Made by a program: the position numbers and the translations under genes. A DNA stretch of 25,179 nt. Source: Fusobacteriota bacterium (GTDB taxonomy: Bacteria; Fusobacteriota; Fusobacteriia; Fusobacteriales; JBNJFI01). The notes under the pieces were generated by a model. It made no database searches and had not been told where the DNA came from. It saw only the letters and a list, made by a program, of their open reading frames with translations. This document shows, in pieces, positions 17,493-25,179 of this stretch. Every line of letters begins with the position of its first letter. The stretch's first letter is position 1. Location: the NCBI GenBank assembly GCA_051746725.1, contig JBNJFI010000019.1, positions 3,199 to 28,377 on the forward strand, given 5' to 3'.

Positions 17493-20345
17493 TTACTCGT
17501 TTATCTCTATAACATCTGTCATGTCATATATATATGGGTCCTCATCTGGGTTTCCTCCACCAATTTCATGTTCTCCCCCTTCTTGACTTAAAGGTCTCAA
17601 GGAATCTGTGGCACCATCAAAATCCCAAGTAGTAATAAATATTTTAGTTCCTAATAAATCTTCAGGATTCCCAAACGTTTCTTTAGAATAAAATAATTCA
17701 ATGGTTTTATTTTCTTTATTAACATTTAAAATAGGTGATGGTGATGCTGGTGTTCCATAATTATCTGAGCTTGATCCTATCGAAGAATACACTGTATTAT
17801 TCCATCCTTCAACAAAATTTAAATAATCCCAACTAAATCCCTCTGGTGATCCATAATTTATCATAGGTAATACATTTGAACCTTCGTTATTATTTAAATC
17901 AATAAATATAAAGAACAATACATGATCGAATCCTAAAGAAGGGTCCCAATCATTGGTTATATTATCCATTTCCAGTTTAATTGTTAAATTCCCTCCAGAT
18001 ACAGTTGCATTTACTTTTCTTATGTCCATTTGAGTATTATAAGAACTTTCTGTCGGAATTATATATTTCCCTTCTGGTCCTTTATGATCTCCTTGGGGAT
18101 CAATATATTCAACTTCAATTCCTCCTTCATTCTTTGTTATAATCGAATAACTATCAGTTACTATTTTTTTTACGGGCTCATAGATTGCTATAGTATGATT
18201 TGTTTCTCCTATTGGAAATAATGTAGTTTGAATTTCCGTTTTCCATGTTCTACTACTAGTATTAAGTTCAACATCGATCATTTGATCAAGATTCCCATCA
18301 ATAATAACTTTTAGATCTTCTACTTCTCCCATATATGCTCCTTCTATGGTAAAATTATCATTAAATACTTCTCCTTCTAATTTTGTATTAAATATTATAT
18401 CTATTTGATCCTCATCTGGAACTTCTAATATTTCATCTGAAGGCATTAATATCATCCCAGATCTTTTTGCTAATTCCATTGTTAATTTTCCTTTATTTCC
18501 AACTATTAAATCTTCTTTTTCTTTTATACTAGAAATCACTTTAAGCTTTTGACCTTTTTTTAATCCTGTATCTAAATCGCTAATTAAAGTTTTATTTCCA
18601 GATGTATTAAAAATAACAAAAGCTTTTTCTCCTTCATATTCTCTTTTATATACAAAAGCCCCTGCTCCAGATTCATTAGATTTAAGAACATCTATTGTTC
18701 CCCTTGTAAAAACTTTATTATTTTTTCTTATCTCAGATAATTCACTAATATATTTATACATTTCACTTTCTTGATTATAATGATCTTGTCCACCTGATTT
18801 ATATCCTTCTTCAAACATAGCTCCTCTTTGTACCGTGAATTCCTGTTCCGTTCCATAGTAAATTATAGGAATTCCTGGTATTGTCATTGTGAACATAAAG
18901 GATTGCTTTAATCCATCTTTAGAATATTTTTGTAGAAATCTTGATACATCATGATTATCTACAAATTGCGGAGTAATATATGGATCATGATATAAAGAAG
19001 AATCCATAAATTTATTTAACCTATATTCTAATTGTTTTGTAGGTTGTCCAGCTCCAAAAACAAATCTCATTTCATTATGAAGTGCAAATTGTAACACTGC
19101 AGATAATTCTGGTTTATCAGGAGTTCCTAAATAACTTGTCATAAATTTATCGAAAGTATCATCATATGGATCTGAAGATCCAAATACTTCACCAAAAACT
19201 AAAAAATCCTCCTTACCACTTTTTTGTGCTATATTATGTATCCCGTCTTCTGCATGTAAGAAATCATTCCAAAATGGATGATCTATATATTTAACAGTAT
19301 CAATTCTAAACCCATCTATTCCAACTTCTTTTATCCAATAACCATACGATTGTTTCAATACATCTATAATAAAAGGATTTTCTGTATTAACATCATCGAT
19401 TTCCCCCATCTGATTTGTTGTTAACTGACTCAAATCAGTATGATCAGTAATTGGTCCTGTCCAATGAAAAGCACCTAGATCTCTTGCATATGAATCATTA
19501 TAACTATGAAAATTAAATGGATATTGTGTAGGTTTTTCTGGAATAGAACCAATATTTTCCATTAAATTTTCTGATGGATCATCCGGATTAAACTCTCCTC
19601 CTTCATAATAAGTAAATGTTCCAAAATGATTTGGTACGATATCTTGGATTAAATACATATTATTATCGTGTAATGTATTTGCTAAGTTTTTATAATCGTC
19701 TAATGTTCCATAATGTTTATCAACCTCTAATAAATTTTCAGCCCAATATCCATGATAACCCGTTTCATCTAAAAATGGATCATACCATTGATTGGCTACT
19801 GGAGGAGTTATCCAAAGAGCTGTTGCTCCTAAATTCTTTATATAATCCATCTTATTTATTATTCCTTGAAAATCTCCACCATTATATGTTTTTTCCTCTT
19901 TTGTATATAATCCATGTCCAAAATCATTATTAGTCTTATCTCCATCAGAAAATCTATCTGTTACAACAAAATATATTATTTGATCCTGCCATTTTGGAGA
20001 TTTTACATGTAAATTTGAATGTTCTTGGATAGATTTTGAAATAATATTAAAATATATTTTCTTCGAATATTCATCTGAAGATACTTCAACTTCTGCTATT
20101 CCTTTTTTTAACCCTTCCATCATTCCATCTTGATTAACAGAAACTAATTCAGGGGTTAAATTATTATAAATTGGATCTTTCAAGTCATTTAATGAGCTAA
20201 GATCCCTTGTTTCTCCAACTTTTATATACAGATTATTCTTGGGATCTGGATTCTTTATTTCATCAACTTTTTTGTCACCATCTTCAGAAATACACCCCAC
20301 TATTGAACTTATAATTATTAATAGTATTATACTAAATTTTCTCAT
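17493..20345 (-). CDS. GH13 alpha-amylase family lipoprotein with an N-terminal Ig-like domain and a C-terminal glucodextranase DOMON-like domain
   Basis: Lipobox SIVG-C; IYFVVTDRFSDGD, GGDFQGI, YHGYW, DIVPNH, GIDGFRIDTVKY (nucleophile), FGEVF (acid/base), FVDNHD; C-terminal DPQGDHKGPEGKY; RBS GGGAGGA. Confidence 0.93.
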   Translation of the reverse strand: MRKFSIILLIIISSIVGCISEDGDKKVDEIKNPDPKNNLYIKVGETRDLSSLNDLKDPIYNNLTPELVSVNQDGMMEGLKKGIAEVEVSSDEYSKKIYFNIISKSIQEHSNLHVKSPKWQDQIIYFVVTDRFSDGDKTNNDFGHGLYTKEEKTYNGGDFQGIINKMDYIKNLGATALWITPPVANQWYDPFLDETGYHGYWAENLLEVDKHYGTLDDYKNLANTLHDNNMYLIQDIVPNHFGTFTYYEGGEFNPDDPSENLMENIGSIPEKPTQYPFNFHSYNDSYARDLGAFHWTGPITDHTDLSQLTTNQMGEIDDVNTENPFIIDVLKQSYGYWIKEVGIDGFRIDTVKYIDHPFWNDFLHAEDGIHNIAQKSGKEDFLVFGEVFGSSDPYDDTFDKFMTSYLGTPDKPELSAVLQFALHNEMRFVFGAGQPTKQLEYRLNKFMDSSLYHDPYITPQFVDNHDVSRFLQKYSKDGLKQSFMFTMTIPGIPIIYYGTEQEFTVQRGAMFEEGYKSGGQDHYNQESEMYKYISELSEIRKNNKVFTRGTIDVLKSNESGAGAFVYKREYEGEKAFVIFNTSGNKTLISDLDTGLKKGQKLKVISSIKEKEDLIVGNKGKLTMELAKRSGMILMPSDEILEVPDEDQIDIIFNTKLEGEVFNDNFTIEGAYMGEVEDLKVIIDGNLDQMIDVELNTSSRTWKTEIQTTLFPIGETNHTIAIYEPVKKIVTDSYSIITKNEGGIEVEYIDPQGDHKGPEGKYIIPTESSYNTQMDIRKVNATVSGGNLTIKLEMDNITNDWDPSLGFDHVLFFIFIDLNNNEGSNVLPMINYGSPEGFSWDYLNFVEGWNNTVYSSIGSSSDNYGTPASPSPILNVNKENKTIELFYSKETFGNPEDLLGTKIFITTWDFDGATDSLRPLSQEGGEHEIGGGNPDEDPYIYDMTDVIEINE

Positions 20346-20512
20346 TTTTATTCCTCCCTATTTGATGATATTTTAATTTTAACAAATTTTTAATTATTCC
20401 ATAATATCTAATAATCCAAATCATGGATATTCATAAATTACAATCATAAAATTCCTCCTTTTTATTTTTATTAATATTTAATTGAATTATTAACCTCTTC
20501 AATAAAATATAT

Positions 20513-20528
20513 AGCAACAAACTTTCTT
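20513..20528 (-). promoter_or_regulatory. Candidate non-canonical sigma-54 promoter (-24/-12) facing the amylase gene
   Basis: AAGAAAG-TTTG-TTGCT versus consensus TGGCACG-N4-TTGCT: perfect -12, AG for GG at -24; about 140 bp from candidate enhancer boxes. Confidence 0.35.
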
Positions 20529-20652
20529 TTTTTGCAAAAAAGAAAGAAATAATTACAAAAATCTACTTTTCCCCTCTACTCTCCTTTAATTATAAAGATT
20601 AAATATTTATTATTTGATGATTATTAAATAATTTTTCGATAGAATATATCAC

Positions 20653-20681
20653 TTGACTTTCGTATAACTGTAAGGTATACT
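20653..20681 (+). promoter_or_regulatory. sigma70 promoter of the SBP-kinase-regulator operon
   Basis: TTGACT (20653-20658) - 17 nt - TATACT (20676-20681). Confidence 0.7.
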
Positions 20682-20705
20682 TTACAGTGTAGTGTCCCCT
20701 TTACA
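20667..20705. promoter_or_regulatory. Tandem TGT-N12-ACA operator/enhancer boxes
   Basis: TGTAAGGTATACTTTACA (20669-20686, inside a 22-bp palindrome with one mismatched pair) and TGTAGTGTCCCCTTTACA (20688-20705). Confidence 0.6.
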
Positions 20706-20761
20706 AGGTTTATGTTTTTCTATAAATCTAAAAATACTATTAAGAAACAAAAGGAGGAAAA

Positions 20762-21892
20762 TTGAAAAAATCTTATATCTTTACAACTTTGATTTTTATA
20801 TCAATTTCAATATATTTTTTGCTTCCCCAAAACACTGAAAAAAAATCTCTGCATGTTATTACTTTATCTGGAGAATCTGATAGGTTAAAGGCAATTTTTG
20901 CAAAATACAGTAAAGATAACAATATTAAAATCACAGTAGAAGAAACTGATTTTTTTGACTATCTCAATACAATTGAAGAAAAAGATGATAAAGGGATAGA
21001 TGTCCCTGATATATTTATTGTAATAAATGATTGGATAGGGAGACTGGTAGAAAAAGATTTGATCCGAAAAATATCAGAAAATAATATATCCCATAATATC
21101 CATATATCACAGCAGGCTGTTAAATACAAAGGGAATTTCTATGCTTATCCCTATGCTGCTGAAACCCTACTCTTTTATTATAATAACAACTTAGTCAAAA
21201 AATATCCTGAAAGCATTGAAGAACTAATTAAACTATCTAAAGATATAAAAAATAATAAAAATATAGAGGGGTTAATTTTTCCATCGTCGGAATCCTATTA
21301 TCTGTATCCCTGGTTTTCATATTGTGGTGGAAACTTAGAAGATATGATTACTCCTACCGAAAATAAAATTAATAACTTTATAAAAACTTTTAAATTTATG
21401 AAAAAAAATATGATATATTCGGATATATTTACTACAGATTTTATGTTTAAAGATCAAAAAGCTGCGATTATGCTTAGTGGAAATTGGAATATTCCAAAGG
21501 TAAAAAAATATGATTTTGATGTGAAATACACGATGATAAATGATCCTAAATTCCGTCAATTCGTTGGATTTAAATCATTTGCGATATATAAAAAGACTAA
21601 AAATTATAACGAATCAGAAAGACTACTTAACTATCTTTCTACCTATAAATCACAAAAATTTTTATCAAAAGAAAATTATATTATCCCAACAAATAAGAGA
21701 GTTATCAAAGAATCTAAAAAAGATATCGTAAAGATGTTTTCAAAAAACATTAAAAGATTTGACAATATGCCAAATTCATTAAAAATAAAAAATTTCTGGG
21801 ATATATGTAATACATCTTTATATAGAATATTCAGAAAAAATGAAAACATCAAAAAAGTTATTAGAGAGGAACTTTTAAAATATGAAGATTAA
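20762..21892 (+). CDS. Membrane-anchored sugar solute-binding protein (MalE/maltodextrin-like family)
   Basis: TTG start with AAGGAGG; N-terminal hydrophobic anchor; PDIFIVINDWIGRLVEKDLI, YAYPYAAETLLFYYN, AAIMLSGNWNI. Confidence 0.85.
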   Translation: MKKSYIFTTLIFISISIYFLLPQNTEKKSLHVITLSGESDRLKAIFAKYSKDNNIKITVEETDFFDYLNTIEEKDDKGIDVPDIFIVINDWIGRLVEKDLIRKISENNISHNIHISQQAVKYKGNFYAYPYAAETLLFYYNNNLVKKYPESIEELIKLSKDIKNNKNIEGLIFPSSESYYLYPWFSYCGGNLEDMITPTENKINNFIKTFKFMKKNMIYSDIFTTDFMFKDQKAAIMLSGNWNIPKVKKYDFDVKYTMINDPKFRQFVGFKSFAIYKKTKNYNESERLLNYLSTYKSQKFLSKENYIIPTNKRVIKESKKDIVKMFSKNIKRFDNMPNSLKIKNFWDICNTSLYRIFRKNENIKKVIREELLKYED

Positions 21893-23642
21893 AATATTCA
21901 ATAAATTCAAAAATCAATTAATGATAATTCTTTCTACTATAATTTTAATTAATATAATGATAATATATTATTTTCACTCTAATTTCATAAGCAGTTTTTT
22001 AGAGGATCAATTAAATGAACAGTTAATTACTAAAATGGAGATTATTGATAAAGAAATTGACCTTTTAAAAAAGGATATAACCAGAAAAAGTATTATCATA
22101 GAAAGAGATAATAAACTTATTGAGTACATAAATGATCCTAAAAAAAGTTATGAATTAAAATTAATTATGGCCAAATACACCGAAACCTTCCATGATACAT
22201 ATATAGAACTTTATAACAAAAAAGGGGATATTGTTTTTACTAGTTTTCCTTCTCCATCTTCAGAAAAAAAACCTCTGGTTTCTAAGGCTATAAAACAAAC
22301 TTATATCTACTCTAATGTTATTGAAAAAAACTCAATGCTCTTTGTCAGAAATATAATTACAATTAATAACTATGGAGAAAATCTTGGAGTTATCTTTTTC
22401 TATAAAGAACTCTCTGACAGTTATTTAGACTATATAAAAAATATAATTGATTTAGATTTAAAACTATTTAACAGAAATTTAAAGGTTGTTTCTAGTACTA
22501 TTTTTGACAATCAAGGAGAAAGGCTAAAAGAGAGCAGTATTTCAAAGAAAAAAGAACAAATTATAAAAAAGAAAAATACTATTAATTATTTTCAATATGA
22601 TAATGAAAATAATCTCGGAGTTGAAATTATATATTCTCTAGATAAAATTGTTGAAAAAGAAAAAAACATTACTCAAAAACTTTTTATACTAAATTTATTT
22701 TTAATAATTTTATCTCTTTTTATACTAAACTCATTTAGCTCAAAGCTTTTAAAACCTATTAACCTTCTCATAGGTGGATTGAAATCCGTAAAAAATGGAA
22801 ATCTAAATAACATAATAAATTATAAATCAAAAAATGAGATGGCTACTGCCATATCAACTTTTAACAAGATGATAAGAGCTTTAAAAGAAAAAAAGAAAAA
22901 TGAAAAGAGACTTGCAAACTTAGATAAGATAGCAACTGCAGGGAGATTAGCATCCAGTATAGCACATGAAATAAAAAACCCTCTCTCTGGAATAGCTTTA
23001 ATAATAGATACTTATCTCCAAAACTTTAATCAGATAGAATTCGAAAAGCAGGACTTTGAAGTGATCTCCATAGAAATAAAAAGAATTAATAAAATTATAG
23101 AAAGACTAATGGATTTTTCTAAAGAAGAGGAAATAAACTTTATCACTTTTGATATAAATAGTCTTCTTTCTGAAATATTAACACTATTGAAGAGAAAGGC
23201 ATATGAACATGAAAATAATATCGATCTACGAGGTAATTCTAAAAAAATATATATCAAAGGAGACAAAAATCTTCTTAAACAAGTTTTTATTAATATAATT
23301 TTAAACAGCATTGAAGCAACTGAAGAGGGCTCTATTATTATTGATATAATCGATTCAAAGGATCATATAGAGATAAAAATATCAGACACTGGAAAGGGTA
23401 TGGAACCAGAAACTATAAAAAAATCTATGGAACCTTTTTATACAACAAAAGTAAAGGGATCTGGAATCGGACTGGCTGTTGTACAAAAAATATTGAATAT
23501 TCACGATTTTAAATATGACATTGATTCCTCTGTTAAGAAGGGAACAACATTTTCAATTATTGTAAACAAAGAAAATAATTCAAATTTAACAATTAAAGAT
23601 ATGAACTATGAATATGAAGTAATTAAAAGAAAGGACAGATAA
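21882..23642 (+). CDS. Membrane sensor histidine kinase (periplasmic sensor, HAMP, HisKA, HATPase; NtrB/AtoS-like)
   Basis: Two TM segments; H-box IAHEIKNPL; N-box QVFINIILNS; G1 DTGKGM; F-box PFYTTK; G2 GSGIGL. Overlaps the SBP gene by 11 nt. Confidence 0.93.
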   Translation: MKIKIFNKFKNQLMIILSTIILINIMIIYYFHSNFISSFLEDQLNEQLITKMEIIDKEIDLLKKDITRKSIIIERDNKLIEYINDPKKSYELKLIMAKYTETFHDTYIELYNKKGDIVFTSFPSPSSEKKPLVSKAIKQTYIYSNVIEKNSMLFVRNIITINNYGENLGVIFFYKELSDSYLDYIKNIIDLDLKLFNRNLKVVSSTIFDNQGERLKESSISKKKEQIIKKKNTINYFQYDNENNLGVEIIYSLDKIVEKEKNITQKLFILNLFLIILSLFILNSFSSKLLKPINLLIGGLKSVKNGNLNNIINYKSKNEMATAISTFNKMIRALKEKKKNEKRLANLDKIATAGRLASSIAHEIKNPLSGIALIIDTYLQNFNQIEFEKQDFEVISIEIKRINKIIERLMDFSKEEEINFITFDINSLLSEILTLLKRKAYEHENNIDLRGNSKKIYIKGDKNLLKQVFINIILNSIEATEEGSIIIDIIDSKDHIEIKISDTGKGMEPETIKKSMEPFYTTKVKGSGIGLAVVQKILNIHDFKYDIDSSVKKGTTFSIIVNKENNSNLTIKDMNYEYEVIKRKDR

Positions 23643-25015
23643 TGGAAAAATATAAAGTTCTAATTATTGATGATAATAAACATCTTCGATATAGTTTGAA
23701 AAAGGCTCTTTCTATAAAAAAGGAATATCTAATAGAAGAATCTTCCAATGGAAAAGATGGAATTGATCTATATAAAAAAAATAAACATGATATAATAATT
23801 ACAGATCTAGTTATGGAAAATATGAATGGCTTAGAAGTTATAGAAACAGTAAAGCAGATTAATTCAGAGGCTATATTAATATTAATTACCGGAAACGGGA
23901 CTGAAAATATAGCAGCAAAAGCAATAAAAAAAGGTGCCTATGACTATTTTTCAAAACCATTTAACTACGATGATTTTTTTAAAACCATGAGAAACGCCAA
24001 AGAGAAGATTGATTTCATAAGAGAGAAAAAGCAATATATGAGTATCATAGAAGATGAAAATAAGTTTTTTAATCTTCACTATGCAAGTCCTGAAATGAAA
24101 GAAGTTGTTAAAAAAATAAAAAAATACTCCCGTTTTGGAGGAAATATTCTAATCCTCGGGGAAAGTGGAGTCGGCAAGGAACTTATTGCAGAGTGTATCT
24201 ATCTTTCATCTGAAAGAAAAAACAAACCCTTTATCAAAATAAACTGCAGTGCCATACCTGAAGATCTAATTGAATCAGAATTATTTGGATATAAAAAAGG
24301 TTCTTTTACTGGTGCTTTTTCTTCAAAAAAAGGAAAATTAGAAATCGCAGATAAGGGAACTGTCTTTTTAGATGAAATAGGCGATTTAAATATAAATGTA
24401 CAATCTAAATTTCTTAGAACTTTAGAGGATGGAGGAATTGAAAAGATCGGAGCTTCTTCTACAAAAAAGGTTGATATAAATGTAATTGCTGCAACTAATA
24501 TAGATCTTAACAAAAAAGTTAAAGAAGAGAAATTTCGTCTAGATCTATTTTATAGACTAAATACTTTTAAAATAGATATTCCACCTCTTAGAGAACGAAA
24601 AGAAGATATCATATTTTTAAGCAATATATTTTTAGATGAGTTCTGTAAAAAGTTTAATCTTCCTACTAAAAAAATCAGCAATCCTTTAAAAAAGAAACTT
24701 TTAAATTACAGATGGCCCGGGAATATAAGAGAACTTAAAAATGTTATTCAAAATTTTATCGTTTTGGGAGAAGATGAGGAAATTTTAGAAGAGAAACTTT
24801 TCAAAAAAGTTATTCAGAAAAATATATATTCTCAAAAATTTGACCCTAATATAAAATCTAACTCTTTAAAAGAATTTTTAAAATTAAAAGAGAAAGAATA
24901 TCTAAAAGCTATGCTAGAAGATTCGGGAGATAATAAGAGTTTGCTGGCAAAAAAGGTTGGACTTTCTCGAACTTCACTTTATAATAAGTTAAATGAATAT
25001 AAATTAATTAACTAA
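23642..25015 (+). CDS. NtrC-family sigma-54-dependent response regulator (REC-AAA+-Fis HTH)
   Basis: IIDDN, ITDLVM, AYDYFSKP; Walker A GESGVGKE; ESELFG..KGSFTGA; FLDEI; FRLDLFYRL; WPGNIREL; HTH LAKKVGLSRTSLYNKL. TAATG overlap with the kinase. Confidence 0.95.
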   Translation: MEKYKVLIIDDNKHLRYSLKKALSIKKEYLIEESSNGKDGIDLYKKNKHDIIITDLVMENMNGLEVIETVKQINSEAILILITGNGTENIAAKAIKKGAYDYFSKPFNYDDFFKTMRNAKEKIDFIREKKQYMSIIEDENKFFNLHYASPEMKEVVKKIKKYSRFGGNILILGESGVGKELIAECIYLSSERKNKPFIKINCSAIPEDLIESELFGYKKGSFTGAFSSKKGKLEIADKGTVFLDEIGDLNINVQSKFLRTLEDGGIEKIGASSTKKVDINVIAATNIDLNKKVKEEKFRLDLFYRLNTFKIDIPPLRERKEDIIFLSNIFLDEFCKKFNLPTKKISNPLKKKLLNYRWPGNIRELKNVIQNFIVLGEDEEILEEKLFKKVIQKNIYSQKFDPNIKSNSLKEFLKLKEKEYLKAMLEDSGDNKSLLAKKVGLSRTSLYNKLNEYKLIN

Positions 25016-25021
25016 AATTTT

Positions 25022-25047
25022 AAAGAGGGGAGATCCCCCTCTTTTTT
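25022..25047. terminator. Terminator between the convergent regulator and pirin genes, probably bidirectional
   Basis: AAAGAGGGG-AGATC-CCCCTCTTT followed by further Ts, 6 nt after the regulator stop codon. Confidence 0.8.
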
Positions 25048-25070
25048 GATAATACTATATTGAAATTTAA

Positions 25071-25179
25071 TTATTTTACGAATTCTCCACTATCTATCTC
25101 TTTAAATGCTTTATCTAACTCCTCCTGAGTATTCATTACTATTGGTCCGCCCCATGCAATAGGTTCATTTAAAGGTTTA
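25071..25179 (-). CDS. 3' end of a pirin family protein (partial)
   Basis: Minus-strand translation KPLNEPIAWGGPIVMNTQEELDKAFKEIDSGEFVK* matches the Pirin_C terminal motif; absent from the ORF track. Confidence 0.85.
   Translation of the reverse strand, partial: KPLNEPIAWGGPIVMNTQEELDKAFKEIDSGEFVK

Noticed and set aside
20421..20423. Selenocysteine at the TGA of the mini-ORF
   Set aside because: No SECIS-like hairpin follows and there is no redox motif context.
20568..20588. SD-like purine run (AAAGGAGAGTAGAGGGG) on the minus strand
   Set aside because: No suitably spaced start codon or ORF follows.
2173..24513. The other short (60-135 aa) ORFs in the track
   Set aside because: All lie inside or antisense to well-supported genes, and most have the Phe/Ile/Ser/Leu-rich composition of shadow frames in AT-rich DNA.
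1..25179. CRISPR arrays, tRNA/rRNA, IS elements, integrases
   Set aside because: No spaced direct repeats, structured RNA gene signatures or transposase/integrase motifs seen by eye; riboswitches cannot be excluded without an Rfam search.

Overview
Very AT-rich bacterial chromosomal window from a probable diderm, chemotactic organism (outer-membrane barrels, lipoproteins, an MCP; a Fusobacteriota-like host is only a guess). Two blocks stand out. (1) 1.7-13.7 kb, minus strand: a strong sigma70-type promoter precedes a lipopeptide NRPS (MycA-like acyl ligase-ACP-C-A-PCP-E), an orphan periplasmic binding protein, a second NRPS (C-A[Gly]-PCP-reductase) and a chemoreceptor. Both NRPS genes are broken: one by an in-frame TAA at 8933-8935, the other by a frameshifting deletion of about 1.9 kb at about 5960. 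The layout suggests a make-and-sense signalling cassette for an acyl-dipeptide aldehyde. (2) 15.9-25.0 kb: a sigma-54 with a divergent RpoN box and an apparent ATA start, a surface GH13 amylase lipoprotein, and a divergent SBP-histidine kinase-NtrC-type activator operon. The intergenic region holds tandem TGT-N12-ACA boxes and a sigma-54-like promoter whose -24 element reads AG instead of GG, hinting at a dedicated sigma-54/promoter pair. Also present: two outer-membrane barrel genes, a beta-propeller lipoprotein, several terminators and partial genes at both edges (pirin on the right). No RNA genes, CRISPR arrays or IS elements were seen. All family calls come from motif recognition, not database searches.
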